Source: Octopus vulgaris
Taxonomy: Eukaryota
Assembly: GCA_951406725.2 (NCBI GenBank)
Contig: OX597825.1
Coordinates: forward strand, 77,810,001 to 77,874,000
Direction of reading: 5' to 3'
DNA length: 64,000 bases
How positions within the stretch are numbered: the stretch's first letter is position 1; each line of letters starts with the position of its first letter. The position numbers were made by a program, and so were the translations under genes. Of this stretch, positions 43,282-58,314 are shown in pieces. The notes under the pieces were generated by a model. The model made no database searches, was not told the DNA's origin, and saw only the letters and a list, made by a program, of their open reading frames with translations.

Positions 43282-43483
43282 TTAGAAACTTAGATATGTT
43301 TCGACCAGAGATTGGTCCAGGCCATGTCTAACTTAATAGCACCACCTGATAGGATTATTCGAATCCTGTTTAAGTCAAGTTTTGTTCAAGTAGTGAGTTC
43401 TTGTTGGGTGAGTTGTATCCAATTATGGGTGGCTTATCTGGTATTCTTTGAAGGAATCTATCCAGACTCTGTTTAAAGTTGAT
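43277..43483 (-). mobile_element. 3' end of a CR1-group LINE (ORF2 C-terminus, 3' UTR and tandem tail), 5'-truncated, in (TA)n
   Basis: The minus strand encodes [37 protein letters not shown], where 'FK..LD.FL..IPD.P' is a CR1-group ORF2 end motif. It terminates in (TCTAAGTT)2. Confidence 0.72.
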
Positions 43484-43488
43484 GTATG

Positions 43489-43617
<129 letters not shown>

Positions 43618-43875
43618 GTATGTATATATATATTCATTTATTTATTTTCTCTTCTGGTGACATTGAAATACTTCATTGGATTTCAATTCTAAGAAATACA
43701 ACATCTGTAACATAGACAAATCCATGAGAAACACATTTTCCAAAGTGATTCTTAATTCCTCATATGTTTTCTAACACCAAAAAAAAAAGATTTTACCACG
43801 AAAATTCCTATTAATTTTGTATTATTCAAAAAGCAATTTTATGCTATTGTGTGTGTGGAGAATTGCAAATATATA

Positions 43876-44183
43876 GAGGTACAACATCGATTTTCCGGAA
43901 CCAGTGGTTCCGAAGCGTTTCCGGATTACTAAACTTTCCGGACCGGACTAGGAATGGTCACCGTTCAATGGTCACCGTTCAATGGTCACCGTTCAAATAT
44001 TGAATTTACTTAAATCATTAAATAAAATATAGATACCTGTACATTCGTAAAATGATACAGGTTACTTAATTCTCTATTGTAAAAGGTACCAGTAATTATT
44101 CTGGTTTTACGGGAATTCTCGTAATTTAGTACGGATCGTAAAAATTCCGGACTATCAGTTTGGGAAAGTAGATGTTGTACTTG
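43876..44183. mobile_element. pogo/Tigger-like MITE with an internal 14-bp triplication
   Basis: Imperfect TIRs with TA flanks: TA-GAGGTACAACATCGATTTTCC / GGAAAGTAGATGTTGTACTTG-TA. (AATGGTCACCGTTC)3 lies at about 43952-43994. Confidence 0.68.
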
Positions 44184-44196
44184 TATGAATACATAC

Positions 44197-44228
<32 letters not shown>

Positions 44229-44525
44229 GTCATATTATATTATATTATATTACATCATATTAATACGAAAATCTGAAAAAATACATTTGAAAAATTTATC
44301 TTTTGAAATTGTTATAAAAATTCTTTGTTTGGTAACTTCAGTGAATGAAGTAAAGCACAAAACTATTTGTTGAGCCTTGGCACAATATTGGCTCCGGTTT
44401 ATCAAAATTCCAAAAGAAAATTATGGAAAATCTTTGTTGTAATTTTTGAGCATTTAAAAATACTCTTACTCTGGTCGGAGCTGATGAATTTTCATACAAA
44501 TATTTATAAATATATACTATTTACA

Positions 44526-44592
<67 letters not shown>

Positions 44593-46007
44593 TATATATA
44601 TACATATATATATATAACATATATATATATTTCTGAATCATCTTATCCTTGGTTGGTAAGAGCAGCCGATATTGGACGATGTTAAAAAGGGAAAAACAAA
44701 ATAAAAATATAATTCTATATTGTATATTATTACTATAATACATTATTGCCTATTTGGCTGAGAGTAAATATGTGACGCAAGTTTTTCAAAATGGATATGT
44801 GTTTGAGTGACTCAGACCCTACAATAATATATAAGGGTTTTGACAAGTTTCCCTTTGTTGTGTGGTTTTAATTTAAGAAATAATAAACAAAGTATCCGAG
44901 ATATGCATATTTCGAATATTTTAATCATTTGTGAAAATTTTCATAGTTTTAAATTTGAAATCTTCACGAGATAATGCCGGTCATTTTTCTAACTATATCC
45001 TGGCAAATTTTCGTGTAAGAAACCTTACATATTTTTAATAAAAAGAAACAGTTTCTGTGGCGAATATAGTATCCTGTATAGCACTCCAGTTTGTTAAGTT
45101 AACTTTTAAAATCACTGGAGATTAGCGGACATATTTACTATCAGAAACGAGTCGTGCATTTCTCCTTCACTGGTTTCAGCCACTCAACCGACACGACTAC
45201 CGCGATTCTGCGGTACGGTAAGGAAAAGAATATACGATCATCTTAACTATGAAAAAAAAAAAAAGTTGGAGCTTCGAAAATTCGAAAGAAGAGAAAAGAA
45301 TTACATGAAATATTATTTAACGATAATATTTGCTGGTGCAATGAAAACGGTTTCATATGTGACGTAAATCTATTGAATGTTGACAACTGGTAGAGTTTTT
45401 AAAAGATCAAGTTGCTGGAGGAAAGAAGATCTTCTTAGCTATACCAACAAACTCAATTATGGTTTGGTGGTACAGCTGGGAAGGTTCGCTTCCCTAACAG
45501 TAAACTAACCTTAAATGTTAATGTGGGACTAGAAAAGGCCTCAGCTGAGAAGGTTCGCTTTCATATCTGAAAACTAATCTGAAGTGTGGGGTAAGAAGAG
45601 GCCCCACATATGTATTACGTGGTTTGAAGTTAAAAGAACATTCTAGATGTGAAGTAAACACTACTGTACTGTGGAACTATAAATAAAGATTTCATCAAAT
45701 TTCTTTGTTTTGTTTTTTTGTTTTCAATTAATTAAAATTAAATTAATTAATATCAAGTGTTTGTTCATTGAATTTTTTTATACAAACTGCTTTATGTTCG
45801 TGTTGTTGTTGTGGAAGTGATTCTTGCTGTTGTAACTGTTTAGCCTCAAATTGGCTTTGATCCCGAGTACAGACATAGGAGTTAAGACATTCCAGCCATG
45901 ATCATCTCGTTCGTTTATTTTTTCAGACATTGTCTGCTACTGTATTACACAATATGTTCTTCGTTTGGGTGCCGCATTTTACCCACATCTGATTTAAAGA
46001 GTCTATA

Positions 46008-46367
46008 CCAGGTATGGGCATTCTTTTTCGAGAACCGGGCCATATGAGATATTATCAGATACCAGCTCTACTAAAAACATTTATGGTAATTTTTCATTTG
46101 ACATATCATTTAAAAAGTCCTGCGGGCGGGCTGCAGTTGGTCCGTCACTGAGTTACGAAATCTATACTACATATGAGCAATCCTTTTTCCCCGAAGCGGC
46201 CCGCGTGAGACAAGGATCAGATAAAACACCACAAAGCGTTTTGTCTGATACATTAACAATTTTGCCAGCTTACCTTAGGTGGGCGCACTACAAAAAACAT
46301 TGAAGGTAATTTTTCGTAGGCGTGCTTTTCAAAACGTCCTGTGGGGCCGCAGTTTTGTCCTATGCTG
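46008..46367 (+). mobile_element. Two adjacent degenerate hAT (Charlie-like) MITE copies
   Basis: CAGGTATGGGCA start after GTCTATAC; both copies share 'ACTA.AAAAACATT...GGTAATTTTTC' and '..GCAGTT..GTCC...CTG' ends. Confidence 0.45.
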
Positions 46368-46875
46368 GTCTGTAACCTGAGTAATCTTGAATTAGATAAT
46401 GGGGAGAGAAACGAAAACTAAAAAAAAAAAACGACCTAAAAAGCAGACAAAGAAAATCTTTGATCAGCAACTGATGAAAACCAATGGCTATGTAAAACAA
46501 CGTGTTATAACATCTGAGCACTTTAGGAGATTTTCAAGGATTAAGTGCTGATCGATTGACAAATATATATTGACAGACACACGAAGAGATTCTCTCGTAT
46601 ATAAACAATGTGTGTCAATCTCTTTATTTCAGAGCAGATTGATCAGAATTTATGCATAGTCATTTCTGCTAAAGTTTCCGATTCTTAAGTAACTTACCAA
46701 TTCTCACAAGCGCCGTTGCTTGCCTGTCTGCTAGTCTGTCCGTATGCCTGCCTGTCTACTCGCCAGTCTGTCTGTTTGTCTGTCTGTCTGTCTTAATCAT
46801 TTATGATTTTCCTTCTTTACCATTTTTTTCTCTTATTCTTTAAAACTTTCGTAGGCTTTATTTTTTTACTACACA

Positions 46876-47150
46876 CCACCATTATCATCATCATCATAAC
46901 CACCACTACCATCATCATCGCCATCGTCGTCATCGTTATCGTCATCGCCATCGTGGTCATCATTATCATCATCATCACCATCATCGTCACTATCATCATC
47001 ATCATCGTCGTAGTCATCATAATCACCATCATCGTCATCATCATCGTCGTCGTCATCATCATCGTCATCATCATCATCCTCATCATCATCATCATCATCA
47101 CCATTATCATCATCATTGTCGCCGTCGTCGTCATCATCATCATCATCTAC
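46876..47150. repeat. Imperfect (CAT)n/(CGT)n microsatellite
   Basis: Directly visible. Confidence 0.93.
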
Positions 47151-47621
47151 ATGGTGGTGGTGACAGCAACAACGACGGCGACGGAGTCGACGATTATACC
47201 AACGGATATAAAGAACTATCATTAACACAACTTCATGTTTTGGTTCCGACTGCTAGAAACAGCAGCTCGGTATTTCAACTTTCGCCGATGTCTACATTGC
47301 TTTTCATGGCCCACAGAATAAAGAACCCGTTTAGTATTGGAACGACTGGAATAAAGTAGCTCCACCCGATACTAAAAGACACTATCTTTGTACTAGAATT
47401 CCAAACATTAACGATTTTACCCTTTATTATAATATATATATACATATACATATACATATATACATACAAATGTGACATTATTTTTAATTAAATTTTATCT
47501 TAAGGTAATAAATATTTTCCTTTTAATGATTAATTTTAATTTCATCATTTTGATTTAACATCAAAAAGAATAACAAATTAATAATCGCTTAATCACAATT
47601 ATATATATGTATGTATATAAT

Positions 47622-47676
<55 letters not shown>

Positions 47677-47686
47677 CATACATACA

Positions 47687-47792
<106 letters not shown>

Positions 47793-48769
47793 ACTTGTGG
47801 GAGAGGAATTAAACGTCACTAGTTCACATCAAGAATCTTAGAAACCAAATACGAACGCAAAAGAAGTTTAGACGCCAGGTTAATGAGGTAAATTAGAAGG
47901 AAGAGGACAAATGTGTGCGCGCGCATGATTGTGTATGGGGCATGATCAACATTACGAATACTTGTATGCTAAGCCGTAAATGCTGATAAACGTCATCCTA
48001 ACTGTATTGCTTTATTTCGGAGAAAATTGCTTTGACTGTGGCGAATATCAGTTTATTACTGCCCTGTGTTTTTATGCATAGCTGAGGAAGCATGCTTTGT
48101 TAAATCGGATTTGTGAGCTGTATTTCAGCAATGCACACTTTACATAAATTTTTTATCTATATCGTGTTTTATTTTTGTGACACGATTCCAAATTTGTGAA
48201 TCCATTAACCAGAATCTTTTACAGTTTTTATCATGCTTTGACCACAATGTATCAAAGGGTATAGTTTTGGATCTCTCGAGGTAAATTTTTAGATATGCTT
48301 ATTTTGTTCAAGTTTCTGCCATCTGAGAATATAAAAGCTACCGAGAACTTCTGGTTCCTTTATTATACCAGAGAGCCACAAATAATAGCACAGCATCTCC
48401 TCAATTCACATTCCACAATCTTAATTAAAGAGATACAGTTTGAAAGCATTAGCTCAATCCACTACATTAAGTGTAGCATGTTAGCACCCTTATAAAGTTT
48501 ATAAATAAACAATTTTCATGTTACCATTATTGAACGCTATCTATAGAGGCAAACTGTCACCAAATACAATGCTTTCTCATTACTGTTTTAATCCAAGATC
48601 TTAACCATCGGTACTATATATTTGAATGTCACTAAACTCAAGGCCGTTTCTGCAACAGTATAGGCCCCTGAAGATCAGTTAATTATGATTTTATTCAATA
48701 TATTCCTTTCTCAGATTCACATACTTATTGTAGCGGTCCTTCATCTTTGCTAAACCCTGTAAAACAATT

Positions 48770-49736
48770 CAGAAGGATCCCATTAGGCACGTTAATGATA
48801 AGATGACTAATATTCTCTTCTTGTCAAGTTTCATGCAGTAATTTCAAAAGATCTGGCTTCGAATATACTTTGAATATACTTTCTTGTTGTTTTTATGAAG
48901 TGCCCTCTCAATTATGTCCCAGAGGTGTTCAATCGAGTTCATATTTGGTGACCGGCTTGACCATGGACGCTTTTTAATGTGATTCTCATCCATCAACAAA
49001 TCTTGGATCATTTTAGCGTGTGACAAGGAGTCCCATCTTCCATAAATAAAGTCTTCTTTAATCATTTCATCACAGGAGAAGATTAGAAGGAGTCCTTTCT
49101 GCAATATGGACACATATTTATGTGAGTTTGTTTCCCTCATAGCTCTAATTGACCATTACTACAAATTGCTCCCCAGACCATCACAGAATAGCTGCTATGC
49201 TTGATTGTTGGCTGCTATCTTTTCACGCCAAATTCTTGGTCACAGAGTCTGCAGACCCACACTCGCCCACTGTTAGAAAATACAGCAAAGCTGGACTAAT
49301 TGGAGAATATGACAGTATCCCAAAACGCTAGATCTCTCCACCATGTCACTGGTCCAATCTAGTCGAAGAAGGATGGCTAGTCGAAGAAGTAGCTTCCTTC
49401 TTGCTGCACTGCCATAGTAACCAAGTTTGTGGAGATACTTGACAGCTGTTCTGGGACTGACATCAATTTGTTCTGCTATTTCAGAGGCCTTGCAACTAGG
49501 ATTATCCTCCACATTTCGCTTAGCAAAGAAAAGGGTCCTGTTAGAGAGCCCTGGTCAACCTGGGCTAGATGATGTGGACTTCTTCCCCTCTCTATTTTGC
49601 ACAATCACTCTATTAACGGTAGAAAGCAGGATCCCAAGATTTTGTGCGATTTTACACTATTTCCACTTTGAGACTGACTCACAAAATGGCCTCTTTGAAA
49701 TCCAGACAATTCTGAGCCTTCTTTTGTACATGGCAT
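48770..49736 (-). pseudogene. Tc1-like DDE transposase pseudogene
   Basis: Minus-strand peptides are 'SELSGFQRG', 'IAQNLGI..STV.RVI', 'DNPSCKASEIAEQIDVSPRTAVKYLHKLGYYG.AARRKL', 'SVMVWGAI' and 'WSSRSPNMNSIEHLWDIIER' (cf. WPSQSPDLNPIEHLW), with multiple stops and frameshifts. Confidence 0.88.
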
Positions 49737-50201
49737 GATTAAGCAGTCATATATAGAACCTGAAACATGAAAGCATCAATTAATAAAAGCAAATATAAAA
49801 CTTTACAAGTTAAAATAAACATAAAACGATGCTCTATTGGGTGTCTATTTATTTCTGTCATGTCTGTGTATATATGTATGAATGTGTGTGTATGCGTGCG
49901 TGTGTGTATGTGTGTGTGTGTCTATGCATGCGTAGGGTTGTTTATGTGTAAGAAAGAATGGTTTCAAGAACAGAGTGAGTGTATGTGAAAGACTTACTAA
50001 AAGTGTGTGTAAGTGTGTGTGCAAGAGTCCTTGTAAGTGTGTGTACACGAGAGCGTGTGTGTGTGTGTGTATGTTTATATGTGTATGTGTATGAATAGAT
50101 GCTTCTCTATGTGCGTATGAGTATATGGATGTTTATGTATATACGTATATGTGTGTAGGCATCATCCTATGCATGTATGCATATAAACATGTATGTATGT
50201 A

Positions 50202-50239
<38 letters not shown>

Positions 50240-50257
50240 GTATATACATATATATAG

Positions 50258-50302
<45 letters not shown>

Positions 50303-50318
50303 CATATATATAGGTGTG

Positions 50319-50374
<56 letters not shown>

Positions 50375-51679
50375 TTCTATTTGCGTATGTATGCACGTAT
50401 GCAAGTGCGTGTGGGGGGGAGGCTGTCATGTGTCTTTTCGTGTTTGCTTAAAGTGTTTTCTTTAAATGAAGAATGGTAAAGACGCTGAGAATACTCATCG
50501 GAATGTCCAGCTGGTCAATCACAAGTTCCATTGTATCCAACCTCGACAAAATTTCTACCGAATCAATGATGGTTCCACTATGCGGCTGAGTGACTTGCTA
50601 GAGACAGCAGTCAATTCTTCTACAAGAACAAGAACTTGAGTTTATTTAAATAGGAATGCCATATTAGTTAATGCAGTCACAAATACCAAAATATAGGACA
50701 GGATGGCCACAGATGGAAAGCCTTTGATCCTAAATCTGCTGCATTATCGTTAGTATTGCGGTAAGCATCAGGAGAATTCAGCGCCTATATTGTAATATGA
50801 CCTGCTAGAAATAGAAGCCAAATCTCCTCTACAAGTCGGGCAATATGATCGGTGGATGTTTCGATTTGGCTATATTCAGAAGACTAGCTCTTTGAACTCA
50901 TCGCGTCAGTTCCCCGATTGTTGCCTTTCATTTGGCAATCATCAGCCATCATGGGCAAATTTACACACACATACACACACATACACACGCACAGGCAGAC
51001 ACACACACATATATATATAATACACATGCGCACACAGACACGCGCATACACACACACATAATACATACGCACACGTACATACACACACACACATAATATA
51101 TATGGACGGACACACATATATAGGCGTCGACGAAAGCGAATTGGCAATTCTATACCGGAGGAATTCCGGTCGGGGACGATTTCAGATGTCTTTCAGATGT
51201 CTTGGGCCTAGCAGTGCTACCGGGTGGGGAGGTCTACTCTTCGCCGTCTGAATAAAGAGAAGAACACTTGTGATTTACAGCACATCGAAACATCAGAATG
51301 GTTACGATTCTTCAAAAGATATGCCCTATCAAGGTTCACCTGGGATCTCAACATAATCGTCTGATTTAGCAGCTAAATTTTCAAGTTGCACACCACTCTT
51401 TTAAAAAGAAGGGCAGCGTAGATACTAAAGTCTTGGTATTACAGAACCCTACAACATCAATGTGCACGCGGCTGGAAAGGCGTTGATCATGGGCCTGTTT
51501 GATAAGGATTAGTATGGAGCTAAACAATGGAGCTAACAATGATATCAGTATGATATTCATCCTAAAGGAAACAATTGCAGTTCAATTTTATGAGGGTAGA
51601 GACTCGTGGCTGAGTGGTTTGGAAGTTGTACTGATGATCCTAGCATTGTGGTTTCCATTCCTAGACTGGGTGATGCGTT

Positions 51680-51945
51680 TCCAGGAAGCCCTCGGAATTT
51701 TCCAGGAAGTCTCATAATCGGAACTTCCCAGCGAGTCCTCTGAATTTTCCAGGAAGTCTCATCCTCGGAACTTTCCATGAAGTTCTCGATAATTTCTAGG
51801 AAGTTTCATCCTCAGAAATTTCCTCGAAGACATCGGAATTTTCCAGGAAGTCCTCGAAATTTTTCAGGAATTATCATCCTCGGAACTTTCCAGGGAATCA
51901 TCGGGATTTTCCAGGAAGTCACGCCCTCGGAACTTCCCAGGAAGT
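51680..51945. repeat. Degenerate minisatellite built from TTCCAGGAAGTC and CCTCGGAA(C/T)TT modules
   Basis: Repeated TTCCAGGAAG and CTCGGAACTT motifs. Confidence 0.75.
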
Positions 51946-52115
51946 CTAATGGTTTCTTATGGTTTCTTAAACATTGACTAGAACAACACTATGTACAAAA
52001 CCAAATATATGGCACCTTAGACATATCACCAACATGAACTTCTAACTTGTCTCTTGAGATCTCTGGGTGAGAATTGGAGCCAACTTGTATAAATGCAAAA
52101 AAGTCAAAAATAAAA

Positions 52116-52173
<58 letters not shown>

Positions 52174-53974
52174 TGTTGTTGTTGTTGTTGTTGCTGTTGT
52201 TGTTATAATGATGATGATAATGATAATAATAATTTCATGGCAACTGAAGAGATGTATTTTAATGCATGAAGTGCAGCTGGGAACAAGAAACAAGCAAAGA
52301 AGAAGCAAAATGGAAAGAATTTAAAGAAAGATTTTATAGTGAACCGAATTTGTCTTTGATGCCATCGTAAGAATTTCATTGCCGAAGATTGATGTTGGTC
52401 GTAAAACTACCTGTCCCTGTTACTTCAGATGTGATCAGGTTCTTTGAACTCATCGCGTCAGTTCCCCGATTCTTGCCTTTCATTTGGCAATCATCAACCA
52501 TCATGGGCAGATTTACACACACATACACACACACACATACACACGCACACGCAGACACAGACACACACATCCATATAATACATATGCGCACACAGACACG
52601 CGCATACACACACTCATAATGCATACGCACACGCACATACACACACACATAATACATATGGACGGACACACATATATACATTCACACATGTATACACACA
52701 TACAGATACATATATATATATATATATACAATACACACATATACGCACACGGGTACATACACGTACTCACATACATATGCACACATGCACACACACGTAC
52801 ACAGTTATATAGACACATGAACATACATATATACATAGACACACACATACACATATGCATACATATACATCTAAACATATATATGCAGGCACACCTACAC
52901 ACACAGACAAGACTATCCTGAATATCCTGAGACAATTCGAGGCACAATCATGCTAGAAATAACAGCCAAGTCAGATTTCACGTCTTAAAAAATTGGCTGG
53001 TTGAACATAGAGAAAGATTGTATTTTAAAAAGAAAGTGGAGTGGCCACTACTGTTGTTTATGCATTTGGTCATAGTTTTGCTTGACCATAGCCGACCTTA
53101 GGTCTAGCGACAACAACAGCCATTGAGAAGCTAAAGAAGTACCAGCCATACACAGAAAAGCGAATGTATGAGACATCCACCTGTTCCTATGTGAAAATGT
53201 ATGCATGCAGACATACATTGTATTTCGAACGCTGTATCGCCGTTAGAACAGCAGAAAATTTGGCGTAATATTACCCTTACAAGGCGGGAAAAATTGTCAA
53301 GAAATAGCCATTGCAGATGAACCCACATGACCCAAGACGCCGGCTGACAATAACTCCGCCGAGGTCGATTTTAAGCGCTAAAAAGTTAGATTTTTGAAAT
53401 GTAGCAACAAGGAAAATGAAAGAAGCTCGTCGTATATGCGTGTGTGTGTCTGTGTATGCACGTCTGTGTGTGGTTGTGTTCGTCGCCCACCACCACTTTG
53501 ACTATCTGTGTTGGTATGTTTGAGCGATGTATCGCCGTTAGAACAGCAAAATGGACCGATAGATATTACCCTTACAAGGCGGGAAAAGTTGTCAAGAAAT
53601 AGCCATTGCAGATGAACCCACATCACCCAAATCCACCGATTTTAAGCGCTAAAAAGATAGATTTTTGAAATTCAAATTCCGTCGAGGTTGAAAGAAGCTC
53701 GTCGTATATGCGTGTGTGTAAATTAAGTACCAGTTACGCACTGAGGTCTGTATGTGTGTGTGTGTGTGTGTCCTTGTGTTGTCACCCACTACCACTGTGT
53801 TTACTACCTGTGTGGGTAGTTTACTAGAAATACCGAAAGAATTAAGTACAAGGCTTACAAAACTAAGTCCTAGTGTCGATTTGTTCGTCTTAAGCCCTTT
53901 AAGGCGGTGCCCCAGCATGGCAGCAGTCTAATGACTGAAACACGTAAAAGATACAAGACAAACATTACAGCCCC

Positions 53975-54565
53975 CACATCGTCACCATCACCACCAACAA
54001 CTACAACAACATCACTAATCCTACCACCACCACCACCACTAACAGCAACACAGCAGCACTAATGACACGCCCACTACCACCACCACCACCAGCAACACCA
54101 ACAACACCAACGCCACCATCGCCACTATCACTACCACAATCACCAGCGTCATCACCAACAGCAACAACAACGACGACAATAATAAAACAACATTGTCATG
54201 AGCCTCAGCACCGCCATCATGCACCACCACCGCCACCACCGCAGCAACAACGATCACCAACATCAACTATTATTTCAGACCCTTTCTAGTTTATAAGAAT
54301 TCATCAAACCTGCTCAGCTTACAACAAACACCACCACCACCACCACAACCACCACCACCACCACCAACAACACCACCAACGTCACCACCACCACCACCAC
54401 CACCACCACCACCACCACACCACCACCACCACCAGCAACACCACCACCCACCACCACCAGCAACACCACCAACGTCACCACCACCACCAACAACACCCCA
54501 ACGTCACCAACCTCCACCACCACCACCACCACCACCACCACCAACGTCACCACCACCACCAACAC
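53975..54565. repeat. Imperfect (CAC)n/(CAA)n tracts
   Basis: Directly visible; source of the poly-V/T/P ORFs. Confidence 0.9.
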
Positions 54566-54918
54566 GCGCTATTTCCCCACCACCAGCACCGAACCATACA
54601 TTTTCCCCTTCTGATCCTTCAGACTTGAGACTAATTATAGCCGTCTGCTTAATTTCGTTTAATATTATAATTTACAACCTCAAAGACTGACTTCATATCA
54701 ATTTCCTGTACAATGATACTTAGGACATGTTTCATTGGGTTTGCAAGAATTTGCTGAAGTCTTTTACTGCTTTTTTTTTCTAGATTAAATTCAATCGATA
54801 CAAAATGGCGGTTGCGTTTCTGAAGGCTTCGGCAACTGTGAGTCGAATGAATGACGCGTGTTGAAAGAGTGCTATTATACTCGTGTGCATACACGAATAT
54901 GTCTTCACACAGATACGC

Positions 54919-55002
<84 letters not shown>

Positions 55003-56293
55003 GTATATGTATATATATATTATATATATATATATATATGTATATATATGTATTTATATATGTATATATGTATGTATGTACGTATGTATGTATGTATGTA
55101 TATATGTATAGAAATATAGATAGATAGATAGACAGATAGTTGTACATATGTATACACGCACACACGTGTGTGTGTGTGCGTGCGAGTGTGTGTAAGTATA
55201 TGTGTGTGCACACATAGATACCTATATATTGATATATATTTATGTATTTACATAAAGGCATATGTGTGTATACATAAATGCACGTGCGTCTCTCTCTATA
55301 TATAGCTAGATATCATATTTTCAATATAAAATAGGATAGATAGATAGATAGATATATACATACATGCATAAAATGAAAAAATACATATATATCTTTATAT
55401 ATTGTGTACATATATAAAGATATATATATATATATACATGTGTACATATATATATATGTATAAACACACATACACAAACAAGCATATGAGTGTGTATGGA
55501 TGCAGGTATGTATATATGCAATGTAAGCATCAGTCAAACAAGAATTTCTACGCTTCGCTGAAATGCTGGACACCTGTTTATATACACACTTGTAATTAAC
55601 TTTACAAATAATTCGTGGCGCTAAATGCTGTATGTATGTTTGTAGGTGTGCGTCTATATTATATCTGTAAGTTCGTATGCACATACATACATACATGCAT
55701 GCATACATACATAGATGCATGCATATATGCATGCATACATTACGTATGTGCGTACATTTTGCAGAAATCTCGTGGCGAATGACAGAGCAGCGTTGTATAA
55801 ATTCAAAGTCTCATATCTGCATTTATTAAATGGCGACAAAAGTTAGCCATGCGGAAAGTCTGAACCCCGTGAAGAATTACGTCACAGTTTCTCATTTCGA
55901 ATTTGATTCCAAACACACACACAAACACACACATACACACACACATACATAGATACATACACGCACGCACACACACATACATACGCATACGCACACACAC
56001 GCGCACACACACGTACACACACATACATGCGCACACGCACACTCACATACATACACATACATACGCACCTGCACACACACACATACATACGCACATGCAC
56101 ACACACATACACGTACATACACATACATACGCACACGCACAAACACACACTTATATACATATTCATATGTGTATGCATGTATGTCTATATACATGCATAT
56201 ATATATATATGTATATCTATATATATGTTTGTATATCTATATATACATGTATGTATATATGTATATATATTTATATATATGTATGTATGTATG

Positions 56294-56335
<42 letters not shown>

Positions 56336-56336
56336 G

Positions 56337-56374
<38 letters not shown>

Positions 56375-56789
56375 GTATGTATATATGTACATATATACAT
56401 ACATGTGCTTGTATATATTTGTCGATATTAATATAAAGCAATGTTAAGTCTTTGTTCCGGCAACATATTTCGTACTCCTCAGAGGATTTCATGCTTACCA
56501 TTCGTCGTTGTACTCATTAGAGTTACTTCAGTTGTTTGGGTTTAAGTTGACGAAACATGTTTGGTGATGAATAGTGTAATGTATACATCTAACGATCAAC
56601 TCAACAATGAACATAGCGTTAAATTAGCCGATGAAGAAACACCTAGCTGCTTAATCGACCTGCTAGAATCAACAGCTGAATCTACCTTAATCAATATCAT
56701 TTTGTCTTTTGAAAAAGCGTAAAGGCCTTTTGTTTTTGGCGGTACAGCCGTCGGTTACGGCATTGAGGGTTCCAGTTGATGAGATCATC

Positions 56790-57048
56790 GTGAAATTAAA
56801 GTGCCAGGGGCTGAGCATTCCGCAGACACGCGTACCCTTAACGTAGTTCTCAGAGAGATTCGGCGCGACACAGAATGTGACAAGGCGGGTCCTTTAAAAT
56901 AAGGGTACAACTCATTTTTGGCAACTGACTGAACTGCAGCAACGTGAAAAAAAGTATCTTGCTCAAGGACACATCGCGCCGCAGGAAATCGAAATCACGA
57001 CATTACGATCGTGAGCTGAATACACTAACCACTAAGCCACGCACCTTC
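56790..57048 (-). mobile_element. tRNA-derived SINE (GAAGGTGCGTGGCTTAGTGGTTAG head)
   Basis: The minus strand has A-box TGGCTTAGTGG, B-box-like GATTTCGATTTCC and a TGTGTCCTTGAGCAAG body. Confidence 0.75.
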
Positions 57049-58283
57049 ACTAAAGACCTTATATACTGCTTGAATAAAGCATGGGATGATCTTGATGAAG
57101 ACGGCCACCCCACTAAACTAATTCGACTAAAGGGCTAAACCAGGTGATTGTAGATAACGGGTATGTAACCCGTAGTAAGTTTGACAATAGGGTCTACTCT
57201 TGACTATAGGATCTACTCTTGACTATAGGTTCTACTCTAACAGATCTTTCATCTCTCTCAAATGCATAGAGATATAGCAGCCAAATCTCCCTTATACTCT
57301 CCTGTATTACGAGGTGAATGAGGTGTCAAGTAAAGGTAGCATTTTTGATGAGGGGAAAATGTCGCCCTCTTGGCGGTGGCTCGTCTGCTTTAGTGTCCAC
57401 CTGGTAATATACACTCACCTGTGACTCCATTAGCTGTTTGCATACGCAACCGCAGCCACACCCCAGTAAACTATTTCGACTACAGGGCTAATCCAGGTGA
57501 TTGTAGATAACGATTATGTAACCCGTGGTAAGTTAGGGCTGGTTTATAGATGCATGCAAAGTCTGGGTCCAGCGGACTCTGCAGAAGAAACCTTCGAGGT
57601 TCAGCGGAGCGGAAGACGGCTGCAGCAACGTATTGTCTGATGTAGAGTGCAAGATGAGCCAAGCAAGACATCTTGATTACCCACTGCATCTGTTTCCATC
57701 TCCAACTGTCTTGACCTGGTCTTGCCACAGGGTTGAAGATGGTCACCGATGAGAGAGTAAGGTTCACGATGCGCAACTCTTTTTCATTTTAAACTAAGTC
57801 ACCATCTATAAAGATGACTGAATGATCTTCCTTAACAATGATTAAATGATCGTAGACCCTCCGACGGACTAACAAGTGTGACTGCATTAGAAAAAGAAGA
57901 ATATATTGTACATTTTTTCCTGACTTCGCTACCGAAACAATGGAAGGGATTGTCTTAAATGGTGTGTCTTTGATCATGGGTGTTCTGCAAATGAAATTTC
58001 CAAAGAATAAACACCAACGAGTTATCGCGGCCAAATTTCCTACAAATAATTTCCTATCACTTTGGAAGATAAAACCTTTCTCATAGACTGGAGAGAAATG
58101 TGTGTGTATGTGTGTGTGTATGTGTGTGTGTGTGTGTGTGTGTGTACATACAGTCTCTTTATGTACAAATGTGTATAATAGAAATCGCAAACACTTACAA
58201 ACACACATACATGCAAATGTATTCAATTGTATATCTATATACATCTATCTACAATTAGGTGCCCACACATATATACACGAACG

Positions 58284-58314
<31 letters not shown>

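Noticed and set aside
57360-57380. CTCF-like motif (CCGCCAAGAGGGCGAC on the minus strand)
   Set aside because: It needs an insertion or several mismatches to fit the core, so it cannot be supported from sequence alone.
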